64,000 nt of DNA from an uncultured Nitrososphaerota archaeon. GTDB lineage: Archaea > Thermoproteota > Nitrososphaeria > Nitrososphaerales > Gagatemarchaeaceae. Location: the NCBI GenBank assembly GCA_963718895.1, contig CAVRAG010000008.1, positions 1,088,001-1,152,000 on the forward strand, given 5' to 3'. This document shows, in pieces, positions 39,700-49,056 of this stretch (position 1 is its first letter; each line of letters opens with the position of its first letter). The position numbers and the translations under genes were made by a program. Under the pieces are notes generated by a model. That model made no database searches and was not told the DNA's origin. It was given only the letters and a program-made list of their open reading frames with translations.

Positions 39700-40965
39700 T
39701 CACTTGCGGGCTGAGAGAATTCCCTGCATCCGCCGATTCTTCCTTCTCAGTGCGAACAGGCCACCCAGTGCGAGAAGGAGTACGGCGTTCGCAGCGACCG
39801 GCGCGAGGTAGTTCCACGACACCGATGACGAACTGGCGGTGCTACTTGGGGTCGTGGCAGATGAGGTCGACGGCGCGGAGCCCGTCGTCGCCACGCTCGT
39901 CAGAGAAGAGCTAGACGGCGAGGTCAGGGTCGTTGAGGCTGCCGAGGAGGTGGTGACCGATACGAGGTTTGCATCAGAGATGACAGATACGGTCCCTGCA
40001 CCATACTCAGTGACATAGACTTCCCCCTTCGCGGAGTCGTAGGCGACGCCCGTCGGGTTGCCCGCCGCCGGCACGGTCGCGACGACCTTGTCGTCGCTGT
40101 CAGATGCCACCGAGACGGTGTTGCCGCCGGCGTTGGCCACGAACATTTCACCCTTGCCAGAATCATAGGCGACGCCATCGGGGTTGCTTCCCACGGTCAC
40201 GGTCGCGACGACCTGGTTGCTGACGTCCGATATCACGGAGAGTGTGTTGGAGCCCTGATTGCTGACGAAGAGCTGTCCCTTGGCCGGGTCGTAGGCTATG
40301 CCATAGGGCGAGATCCCCACGGATATGTTCGCCACCACCGCGTTTGTGGTGTCAGATATCACGGACACGGTGTTGGATAGGGACAGGGCAGGGCCGGGCG
40401 TGGCGACGAAAACCTCGCCTTTTCCGGAGTCATAGGCCATCCCTTCGGGAGCGCTCACTCCCTTCACGGTTGCGACGACCGCACCGGTACTGTCCGAGAT
40501 CACAGACACCGTGTTCGAACCCTGGTTGCCGACAAAGACCTCCCCCTTGCCCGAATCGTAGACTATGCCGATGGGCTCACTTCCAACGGGCACCGACTCT
40601 GTGACCACGTTGTTACTGTCTGATATCGCGGAGACGGCGCTCCCGAACGCGTTGGCGACCCAGACCTCGCCCTTTGCTGGGTCGTAGGCCACGCCGAGAG
40701 GGCTTCTCACCGAGACGTTTGCCGAGACCGACTTGGTGGCGTCTGATATCACCGAGACCGTACCGGAGACATAGTTTGCGACGAACAACTCACCCTTGGC
40801 CGAGTCGTAGGCGATTCCAGATGGTTGCGCTCCGACGACGATGGTCGAAGGCTGGCCGCGAGCCGTAGAGGCGGTAGAAACAGAGAGGAGGAAGAGGACC
40901 CATATCAAGAAGGTAATCGACCTATGGCTGGAGGGTAGAGCGGCCACGACAGTGATGGCATTCAC
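39700..40965 (-). CDS. YVTN/YncE-type beta-propeller surface protein with S/T linker and C-terminal anchor
   Basis: About seven repeats of P.G.AYDS.KGE.FVAN....TVSVISD. Confidence 0.85.
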   Translation of the reverse strand: MNAITVVAALPSSHRSITFLIWVLFLLSVSTASTARGQPSTIVVGAQPSGIAYDSAKGELFVANYVSGTVSVISDATKSVSANVSVRSPLGVAYDPAKGEVWVANAFGSAVSAISDSNNVVTESVPVGSEPIGIVYDSGKGEVFVGNQGSNTVSVISDSTGAVVATVKGVSAPEGMAYDSGKGEVFVATPGPALSLSNTVSVISDTTNAVVANISVGISPYGIAYDPAKGQLFVSNQGSNTLSVISDVSNQVVATVTVGSNPDGVAYDSGKGEMFVANAGGNTVSVASDSDDKVVATVPAAGNPTGVAYDSAKGEVYVTEYGAGTVSVISDANLVSVTTSSAASTTLTSPSSSSLTSVATTGSAPSTSSATTPSSTASSSSVSWNYLAPVAANAVLLLALGGLFALRRKNRRMQGILSARK

Positions 40966-41098
40966 GTCGCGATATCTAAGTCTTCGAGGACTGCGACAGG
41001 TACTCCCGGCTCTCGTCCAGCTCGGGACCTCGGCCGCTCTCGGGGCAGACCCACCGTAAGCGTACCCGAGCTTTCGACGATTCCTACATCACACATGA

Positions 41099-42367
41099 AT
41101 GCCTTCGGACGAGCGATGGACCATGTACGATGGCGAGCTTCGACGCTACAAGCTTGTGAACCTCGGCCGCCAGCTGGAAGGTCCCACGCTCGCTCGGGTC
41201 GATATCAACCTGCCCGCATCTCATGAGAGGATAGAGGAGGACGCGCTCAGGATGCGGGTGTATTCCCACGTCCTCGAGATGTACTCGGAGTATTCGGGGT
41301 TGGTCGTCATGAGCCACCAGGGCAGGAAGGGAGACGACGACTTCACCTCGCTCAGTCCCCACATGCGCTCGCTCAGGAGGCTCCTACCGCGGGACGTGGC
41401 GATCGAGTTCGTCCAGTACCAGAACGTCTTCACCGAAGAGACCAGAGAGAAGATCCGCAGCTTGAGGCGCAGGCAGATAATGCTGCTCGACAACATGCGA
41501 TACTTCGAAGAGGAGAAGAAATGGGACCCGCTGAGGTCTAGGTACGTCCAGTTCTTCAAGGGAGTCATAGGAACGTGCGTCAACGACTCGATGCCGACCT
41601 GGCACAGAGAGGACTCGAGCCTGATGTGCCTGCCGCACATCGCACAGACCTACATCGGGCTGCGCTCCAGCCACGAGCTGAGAATCCTGCACGATGTGAT
41701 TCAGAGCAAGGAGCCGAAAGCACTCGTGATGGGCGGGGCGAAGCTCCAGAAGGTCTCCGATCTGAAGAAGATAGCACACTCTGGCGTCGAGATCTATACG
41801 GGGGGCCTCGCGGGGCAGCTGATCGCGAGGGCCAAAGGATACGATTTGGGCGAACTGAACAACGCCTACCTGGAGCGGAGATTCACCCCGGCCGAGTACG
41901 AAGACGCAAGGGCACTGAACGACCTATCGCCGGAAGCCGGGATCCCCAAGGTTCGCCATCCTATCGATTTCGTCGTCGAGATGAACGGCTCGAGGGATAA
42001 CGTCCGGCTGGAAGAACTTCCGGACCGGCCCGGAGTCATAAAGGACATCGGAGAGGAGACGATGGAGATCTACGCAGAATCGCTACAGGACAGCCCGATA
42101 AGAGTTAGGGCCGGTCCTCTCGGCGTCTACGAAGAGAACTACCTCAACGGGCTGGAGCTGACGAAGAGGATAAGCGGAGATGGGCTGATCTTCCTCGGAG
42201 GAGACACGTCCCAGGAACTCAATGAAGGTGGCTTGCTTGGACACATAGAGGATGCCGGAGGGAGCATCTGCGTCAGCGGAGGTTCGTTCCTGCACGGATG
42301 GGCCGGGGGGTCGTTCCCCTCCATCGACCTGCTCCTCCGCTCGCAGACCCCGGTCCTAGCCGACTAG
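41099..42367 (+). CDS. pgk: Phosphoglycerate kinase (divergent)
   Basis: RVDINLP, SHQGR, LLDNMRY, ND....HR, GGAK, DIG, GPLGVYE, GGDT. Confidence 0.8.
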   Translation: MPSDERWTMYDGELRRYKLVNLGRQLEGPTLARVDINLPASHERIEEDALRMRVYSHVLEMYSEYSGLVVMSHQGRKGDDDFTSLSPHMRSLRRLLPRDVAIEFVQYQNVFTEETREKIRSLRRRQIMLLDNMRYFEEEKKWDPLRSRYVQFFKGVIGTCVNDSMPTWHREDSSLMCLPHIAQTYIGLRSSHELRILHDVIQSKEPKALVMGGAKLQKVSDLKKIAHSGVEIYTGGLAGQLIARAKGYDLGELNNAYLERRFTPAEYEDARALNDLSPEAGIPKVRHPIDFVVEMNGSRDNVRLEELPDRPGVIKDIGEETMEIYAESLQDSPIRVRAGPLGVYEENYLNGLELTKRISGDGLIFLGGDTSQELNEGGLLGHIEDAGGSICVSGGSFLHGWAGGSFPSIDLLLRSQTPVLAD

Positions 42368-42497
42368 CTCGACCCTGCGGACGCCGGGCGGGTGCCGGGG
42401 TTGGCCGTGCTCGCAGCGGAAGCAAGGTCGAGCAGCAAGAGCGGGAGGCGACGTTCAGATCGGGGTCACATGAGGGCCGAGAGCGATCTAGGCGGGA

Positions 42498-43641
42498 CTA
42501 GAGCGCGGCCTCACTCATGGCTAGGGTCAACGCTGAGACAAAGAGCCACCACAGAGCTGTCAGCGCCGCCAGCGCCGCTCTCAGGAAGTCGAGTACAGAG
42601 GACGATGGGCCCGTGAAAGCCAGATCGCCCGTTCCATTCTGAGGGCCCGTGGCGGCCGAGGTGACCGGCTCCGTATTCGTGGATGTGGAACTGGACACGG
42701 TCGTGGAAGAGAGGGAGACGCTCGAGGTCGTGCTCGTCGTCGTGACAGCCGTCGTGCTAGTGGAGGTCGTTTCAGAGGCGGGTGACGCTAGCGATCGCGA
42801 CCTCGGCCGCGAAGTAGCTCGGCAGGGTGCCGTAGGGGTTGGGGAGGCGGTCATCGGTGAAGTAGACGTAGCCCACGCGACCCTCCATCGCACGAAGTTC
42901 GCCCGTTGTCGGTTCCCCCGTCCCATAGGAGATGATGGAGAGATTTCCGCTCGTGTAGCCGGGATAGAGGGTCTGGGTCGAGGTGAGGTTGGGAAGCCCA
43001 GAGTGCTCATAGATGACGATAGTGGTCATCGTCCCGAGGTAGCTCGCTGGTACCAGCGTCCCCGCGTTGCCTGCGGTGAACGTGAAGCCCAGCGACCTTG
43101 CGTAAGAGTCGACAGCTGAGTAATACCCGACGTATCCAACCGAGCTAGCCATCTCGTCGAAGAAGATGCCATTGACGTGATACCACGAAAGGTAGTGAAG
43201 CGCATCCGAGTCCACCTGGTTCATCGGCCTCGCGCCATAGCTCGTATGGTCGTATCCGAGCACCGTGATGCCGGCGGCCTCGAGCTGAGCTATTCCCCGG
43301 ACATAGTTTGGGTCTAACGAATTCCCCGGCCCGCTGTCCGGGTTGACAATCGCCACGACCGCGACCGAAGGATTGGCCTGCTCGGCCTGGATGACCGTTC
43401 TCCAGGTGCTGCCGGGATAGGTGTAGAGCGGAATCATGATTCCCGCGCGTGGGGCCGCTGAGGCAGGGGCTGCTCGCGCAACAGGGTAGCAGACGGAACA
43501 GAGGATCACGGCAAGGAGTAGGACTCGAAGGAGCGGTCTCCTGGGTCCTGGTGGACGCGCCTGAATGAAGCTACTCGATGAGTCGTTTCTCGGGACCGGT
43601 GACGGCTTTCCCTCCCTTTGGACTTCTCTTTCCACCCACAT
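42498..43641 (-). CDS. Spherulin-4-like glycoside hydrolase (GH135) with S/T linker and C-terminal membrane anchor (frameshift near 42780)
   Basis: IPLYTYP, IVNPDSGPG, VLGY, GIFFDE, VIYE, NPYGTLPSY; tail in ORF 42498. Confidence 0.8.
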
Positions 43642-43969
43642 CGCATGTCACCTGTGCCTGCCACCTGTGACTCATCGGCGAGGCAGCGAAGAAAAGAGCA
43701 TCCGAGCAGGTGCTCGCACCTGTGAGCAAATGCGAGCATCCTCTCCCGAGGTTCGAGGCTTCCAAACCCCCAACGGGCACCCAGGGACGAACAATCAGGG
43801 CTATCTGGGAAGCGAGGTTCGGTCGGCTGGTCGAAGGACCCGCCATGCAACTGGGCAACCCGAAGTCCGGTCCCCGCCCGTACTTTGCGGCATTCCGAGT
43901 CGGATGTCCTCCTCGGCTGAACGACCCCATCAGATTCGGCTATAAGATAGCAGTGAGGTATGCCCGCCG

Positions 43970-44316
43970 AGGGGGCGTAGCCTAGCCAGGTATGCTATGC
44001 CGTTTATGTCGCCATATCTCTAAATCAGGGACCTTTGAGCCATGGAGCAGGCTACCCTGCGTAGGCTGCCCGAGAGTTGTCCTCCTCGACGAAGTGCATT
44101 CAATTGGCCCCTAGCTCAGTAGTGGCCTTCGGGCGAAGGCCGATACCATCCGCGTAAAGGAGGTCGGTGACAGGCTCGCCGGTTCTCGTCGCAAAATAGT
44201 GACAGAACCACGGCTGAGGGAAGGTATGGTGGTCATCGTAGGCGACAGACGGCGGCTAGGTACTTATGATCCACTTTAAAGCACGACATCAAAGTCGTGC
44301 ATGTTGGGTCCCCTAC
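43970..44316 (+). ncRNA. Candidate large pseudoknotted ncRNA (about 345 nt), unassigned
   Basis: TATAAGAT at 43941-43948; more than ten compatible helices including a long-range closing stem and a loop pseudoknot; no long ORF inside. Confidence 0.55.
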
Positions 44317-44435
44317 GAGCTGGTCTCCAAATACAAAACAAGAATTGAAACTGCGGATTAGCTTGGCACTAGTGATTTCTCCCGAACCTCACTCATTACT
44401 ACCAGGCGATTTTACGTTTGAAATCATGACACTCC

Positions 44436-45074
44436 CTAGACCGGAACTCGGGGGTGAGCTTGTTCCGCGACCAAGAAAGAGGTCGAGTTTACTGGAATGC
44501 AGAAGGCGAAGCTCGTTTGTGGGCCTGGCGGTGTAGGGAGGGATTGAGTGTACCTACAGTTTTGCCACGACTCCTCTCCGCTACCGGATGTGAGTGGGAA
44601 CCAAATTGTTATGGTGAAGTTCTGGTTCGATGTGCCAGTGATGTCAATCTGTTGGGTGCAACCCTTGGAGGAAGCAGCCGCTGCGGCACAGTTGAACAAG
44701 TACCCGCCAGAAGAGGAGAAACAAGGCGCAGAGTAATTCATGACCCCGTAGCTTATGCCGCATCCTGGGGCGGCGCCCAAATACACCAGGCCGTACCAGG
44801 TGCTTACTGTCGCGGTTGTTGTTTCAGTGGCGGTGCGGGTCTCTGTCGTGCTGAAGTTGGTTTGGGAGACCACAGTTTCCGTTTGATACGATGTAGTAGT
44901 TGTCGTGTAGTTCGTCCGTAAAGTCAGAGTTTGGGTGGAAGTGGACGTGCTAGTAAGCGTACGTGTGGCCGATAGGGGCGAGATTGCCAAAGAGGCGACC
45001 AAAACCACTAGGACGATTGTGCAGGCCAGTAAGGCTACAACAGTTGACTTGATCCCTCTTCTTCGGCGCGTCAA
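44436..45074 (-). CDS. Membrane-anchored extracellular protein with Thr-rich stalk and Cys-rich domain
   Basis: RRRRG|I plus hydrophobic helix, T-rich linker, six Cys in the C-terminal domain; TTG start assumed. Confidence 0.65.
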   Translation of the reverse strand: MTRRRRGIKSTVVALLACTIVLVVLVASLAISPLSATRTLTSTSTSTQTLTLRTNYTTTTTSYQTETVVSQTNFSTTETRTATETTTATVSTWYGLVYLGAAPGCGISYGVMNYSAPCFSSSGGYLFNCAAAAASSKGCTQQIDITGTSNQNFTITIWFPLTSGSGEESWQNCRYTQSLPTPPGPQTSFAFCIPVNSTSFLVAEQAHPRVPV

Positions 45075-45230
45075 ATCCACGTAAGTGTTGACAATGTCAC
45101 TAATCATAAAGACTTTTGTCAGAATTGATTTCGTTTTGGTCATGGTCGTATTCCTCAATCGTAACTTGATTATTTGGTTCCCATGTCAGCAGATAAGAGA
45201 TCATGAAACCACCTGCTTAGGGAGGCCAGG

Positions 45231-46247
45231 CTAGTTGCTTTGACCAAAATCCATGTAGCCTGATCCAGCCGAACAGCTCCCGCTATTGAGTGTGAGGTTG
45301 TTCGACTCTCCTGTGTATCCACCACCATTACAAGTTGCCGTGTCCGAGTTACCATTCAAGTCCCACAAATGGACTTCCACGTACATATATGTCCCGGTGT
45401 TAAATTCTGCTCGGCTCCCTCCTGCAATACCAAACACATTGAATTCACTATATGTCCAATTGCTTGAAGCCAAATTCATGAAGTCCGTAACGGTATTCGT
45501 CCAGCATGTATCTGTGGAGAAGTCGCACATCTTCGAAATGTCATTTCCGTTCTGGCCCGTAATCCCCTCTAGCAGCACACTACCCAAGTGAGTAGGTAAT
45601 TCCGTCGAAGTCGTCGTTGGGCTACTGCTTGCCGCATAGCAACTGGTTTCGCTTCCTACCGTATATGGAGTCCAACTAGTCACTCCGGTTGGGCTACTCG
45701 ATGGGCATGATCCGTGCACGGTGTAATAGTCTATCAAGACGTACTCCATGAATAACGAACCCTCATTTGTGCCCGAACCAAAATTTTGGAAGACGAATTG
45801 CTGCCATGCAGTTACGGTGCCGCTCGTATATGAGGTAGTTGTCGACCAATGGTTGGTGTTTACCTGAAGACTGTATAGGTCGGAGCCTGACGTGTTGTCA
45901 GTTTCTGAAGTCAGGCCGGTGATTCCGCTGAAAAGCCCCTCAGTCTCGCCAATGGCATTCGACGCACCAGCGACCTTATCAACTCCATTTCCGACGACAG
46001 TGAGGGTCGATGAAGGAGTGCCACATGCTGCGGCGCTCCAAGTAGTACTGGGATAACTGATAGAGGAGCAACCTTCGTTCGCTGGGTTAGTCTGGAGCGC
46101 TAGTTGCTCCCATTCGGATTTGGTAATCGTAGTTGCGGACGCCGACAGAACAGGCATACCTACCAAGAGAATTACAAACGCCATTACGGTGAACCTTCCT
46201 AACTTCGTCCCGTATCCCAAGCGGCTCATGTGATTTCTGTGATTCAC
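45231..46247 (-). CDS. Secreted protein with thermopsin-like motifs
   Basis: Signal peptide; YSLQVNTN and AWQQFVFQN resemble the thermopsin SLQLN / W.QNV motifs; several Cys pairs. Confidence 0.55.
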   Translation of the reverse strand: MNHRNHMSRLGYGTKLGRFTVMAFVILLVGMPVLSASATTITKSEWEQLALQTNPANEGCSSISYPSTTWSAAACGTPSSTLTVVGNGVDKVAGASNAIGETEGLFSGITGLTSETDNTSGSDLYSLQVNTNHWSTTTSYTSGTVTAWQQFVFQNFGSGTNEGSLFMEYVLIDYYTVHGSCPSSSPTGVTSWTPYTVGSETSCYAASSSPTTTSTELPTHLGSVLLEGITGQNGNDISKMCDFSTDTCWTNTVTDFMNLASSNWTYSEFNVFGIAGGSRAEFNTGTYMYVEVHLWDLNGNSDTATCNGGGYTGESNNLTLNSGSCSAGSGYMDFGQSN

Positions 46248-46469
46248 AATTCCTATTTATTACCGTGGCTTACAATGTAGAACAAGTGCTTGAAGTTGCA
46301 GTAGTGCTTCACAGGACGGATTGAAATTATTTCAAATCCACGCATCCTTGTGACCAAATCTTCAGAAATGGTTAAACGCAATATGATGAGTATCGGTCGA
46401 AGAAAAATTCGTTTGGAATAAACCTCATTAGAAAGCTCATAAATGCTCTTATGTGCATCTTACGTAGTA

Positions 46470-46885
46470 GCAGCGGAAGACCCAAACCAAGGCCTTTCGG
46501 TTCGATGTCAGCTCACTTGAGAGACGAGAGAAAGCAGCCATGCATGTTCGTATGATCAAGAATGACTTCATGAGCATGATGCTGGCCGACAGGCTTTTCA
46601 TCGATCCGATTGTCAGGGCTTTCACGAGATCAGCTTCAGCGATGAGACCTTCCTGTTTATTCTAGGCAGCGCTGACACAGACGCGCTGGAGATGACAGGC
46701 TCCGAGATGGCAAGAAAGCATTTTCCGCTGGCGCCCGAACTATACAGGAGTAATAGGCACCCTCTGGCGTTCAGGGAATTCGTTACAGAGGTTCTGGGAA
46801 AGCACGCCGGCTGGTCTTATGTGGAAGTCCACGGCAAGGAACTGAGTGGACCACGCTGAGGCATCCCTTTGGCCGCGGAACTGAC
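46470..46885 (+). pseudogene. Degenerate tandem paralog of the RHH regulator at 46943
   Basis: KTQTKAFRFDV...DRLFIDP, frameshift, then ELYRSN...FREFVTEVL.KH..W; aligns by eye with 46943-47482; truncated. Confidence 0.75.
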
Positions 46886-46942
46886 GTAGGGATTATTGAA
46901 CGACAAGAATCTTAATTAGCGAGTCCACAAATATCTTACTGC

Positions 46943-47482
46943 ATGTCCATGGAAACGAGAAGGACGAAAACGAAGACCTTCCGTTTTGACGTTGACTTGA
47001 TTGAGGCATTGGGGAGAAGCGCGAAGCGCGCACAAATGACTGAGAATGCTTTCTTGAGTGAAATGCTGAAAGATCGTGTTATGATTGACCCTCTCTTTCC
47101 AGCATTTGAGGAACTCAGGCTAAGCACTGACATGTTTCGTACTATCCTAAGTGCCACCAATGCAGATGTATTGGAAGCCGTAGCTTCGGAGACTGCGCAG
47201 AAGAATGCGCAGCTGATTCGCGAGCTCTATGAGAGCAATGACCGTGCCCTGACCTTACAAGAATTCATAACCGAAGTGCTAGCGAGCCATTCACATTGGT
47301 TCCACATCGAGGGCAACTACAAGTCGTCTCATCGTTCCATGACCTTGCGCCACACCTTCGGCTTGAAATGGTCAACTTTTGTCAGAGCATATGTTAGCAG
47401 TACACATGATGTCTTCTCAAAAGACAAGATCAAGATTGATGTGGCGGATCAATTTGTCCGGATAGAGTGGACGCCAACGTAG
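46943..47482 (+). CDS. RHH-like DNA-binding domain plus C-terminal HxxG..WS domain regulator
   Basis: TFRFDVDLIEAL...N....ML; C-terminal RHTFGLKWSTF. Confidence 0.65.
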   Translation: MSMETRRTKTKTFRFDVDLIEALGRSAKRAQMTENAFLSEMLKDRVMIDPLFPAFEELRLSTDMFRTILSATNADVLEAVASETAQKNAQLIRELYESNDRALTLQEFITEVLASHSHWFHIEGNYKSSHRSMTLRHTFGLKWSTFVRAYVSSTHDVFSKDKIKIDVADQFVRIEWTPT

Positions 47483-47696
47483 AGAGTTGAAGGACATAGT
47501 TACGCAACAGGCAAATCAAACGGTCCGGGCAATGATGCAGGTGGTCCAAGACTGCCTGCAAGTCGAAATCTCACTAACTAGTTGCGCCTAGCTGTCCTGC
47601 CTTGCATCCTCGACGCCAAGAACTCGCGTTCTTGCCAGACACATCGCGCCGAGCCGAGTGGGGCCACCAGACCTCTACTCGTCCTCTCGTAAGTTC

Positions 47697-47873
47697 ATGG
47701 TCGTTTTAGACTACGCGGCGTGGAACATTTTCGTGGCCATGGCGGGGGGCTTTGCGATTCTCTACATGGCAATGCTGATAATACTAAGTAGCGGCCCTGG
47801 TGAAACTCGCAAGCTGAAGGTTGCGCAAGACGATAATCCCTCCATACATGAGTTCTCCCCCACACCGGCCTAA
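47697..47873 (+). CDS. Small single-pass membrane peptide (copy 1)
   Basis: MVVLDYAAWNIFVAMAGGFAILYMAMLIIL...; paralog at 57530. Confidence 0.6.
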   Translation: MVVLDYAAWNIFVAMAGGFAILYMAMLIILSSGPGETRKLKVAQDDNPSIHEFSPTPA

Positions 47874-48003
47874 AGTCGTCTGAATTTGCAGGGTAGACGG
47901 TTCGAAGGTCCAAATGAGGTCCAGAAGCCCTGCAATCTGCGTCTCTTAAAACTCAGGTGAATCTGAGAGAAGGGAGGAAAGGTTTAGAAAAAAGGGCAAC
48001 ATC

Positions 48004-49056
48004 TTGACCGTCATGGGTGCCAGCGCTAGGCAGGTTCAAACTAGGAAGTCCATGCGCGAGGCACCCTTGAAAGTGGGACTTACCTACGACACGCGGGACG
48101 ACTTCAAGTTCGTCAGTGATGAGCCAGACGACTGGGATGCAGAGTTCGAGGTCTCAACGGCGATAGACGACATCGCTCATGCCATAGAAGACGGAGGTCA
48201 CGAAGCCGTCTTCATCGGAAGCGGCAGGAAACTGCTGGAGAACTTCCATCACTTCGAAAGCTCGGTCGACGTCGTATTCAACATAGCTGAAGGCTACTTC
48301 GGGAGAGCCCGGGAGGCACAGATCCCCGCCATGCTCGAACTGGCCGGGGTCCCCTACGTCGGTTCCGACAGCTACGCTCTCGCTCTTGCGGCGAACAAGT
48401 GGCACACAAAGGTCCTGGCACTGAACTACGGCGTCAGGACCCCGGCATTCGAGGTCGTTCACACGGCCGATGAACTCGACACACTCGGTCTGAAGTATCC
48501 GGTGATTCCAAAGTTGTGTTACGAGGGCAGCAGCAAAGGACTGAGAGCCGATTCGGTAGCCCACGACAAGATAGAGTTGACGCGCCTGACGCGGTATCTG
48601 CTTCGGTCGTACAAGCAGCCAGTGATAATCGAGGAGTTCATCGAAGGAAAGGAAGTCGACGTGCCGATGATCGGTACCTCCCCTTCGAGTGCGTTTGGCG
48701 TCGTCGGACTCACACTTGATGGCAGTCTCGACCTGAACGAGCGGTTTCTCACTTCGAGCATAGTTCGAGCCGACGGGTACGGGTTCAGATTCCCGCTGGA
48801 TGAACCGTATGTCGGAGAAGTGGAGAGAGGTGCGGTCAAGATTTACAATCTGCTGGAATGCAAGGATTTTGGACGGATAGACATGAGAATCAGCAGGGAA
48901 GGCACACCATATCTCCTTGAAGTAAACCCATACCCATTCCTGGGAAAGCACAGCAGCTTCAACGCGATAGCGGAATCGACCATCGGCTACACCAGGATGA
49001 TAGGGATGATCCTCGAAAGCGCCCTTCGCAGGTACAGCCTGAAGCCGGTGCCCTAG
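48004..49056 (+). CDS. ATP-grasp ligase, D-Ala-D-Ala ligase-like family
   Basis: VFNIAEG, REAQIP, PYVGSD, EGSSKG, EEFIEGKE, GRIDMR, LEVNP. Confidence 0.85.
   Translation: MTVMGASARQVQTRKSMREAPLKVGLTYDTRDDFKFVSDEPDDWDAEFEVSTAIDDIAHAIEDGGHEAVFIGSGRKLLENFHHFESSVDVVFNIAEGYFGRAREAQIPAMLELAGVPYVGSDSYALALAANKWHTKVLALNYGVRTPAFEVVHTADELDTLGLKYPVIPKLCYEGSSKGLRADSVAHDKIELTRLTRYLLRSYKQPVIIEEFIEGKEVDVPMIGTSPSSAFGVVGLTLDGSLDLNERFLTSSIVRADGYGFRFPLDEPYVGEVERGAVKIYNLLECKDFGRIDMRISREGTPYLLEVNPYPFLGKHSSFNAIAESTIGYTRMIGMILESALRRYSLKPVP

Noticed and set aside
39960-40820. CRISPR-like periodic repeats
   Set aside because: These are degenerate in-frame YVTN propeller repeats inside a CDS. No identical repeats with unique spacers and no cas genes in the window.
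43709-43740. 10-bp hairpin GGTGCTCGCA/TGCGAGCATC
   Set aside because: Isolated, with no second copy seen in the window; function cannot be supported.
43971-43994. Complete tRNA or tmRNA starting GGGGGCGTAGCCTAGCCAGGTATG (GTCTCCA at 44323-44329 could give a G3-U70/A73-like end)
   Set aside because: No anticodon arm or T-arm (GGTTCRA) can be built. Kept only as part of the unassigned RNA candidate.
43970-44316. RNase P RNA or group I/II intron
   Set aside because: CR-I GAGGAA.GUCC, the group I P7/J8-7 motifs and group II domain V were not found on either strand by eye.
48004-49056. True ddl / peptidoglycan synthesis
   Set aside because: Archaeal context, no mur genes nearby, and the N-terminal motifs match the Ddl-like ATP-grasp subfamily rather than canonical Ddl.
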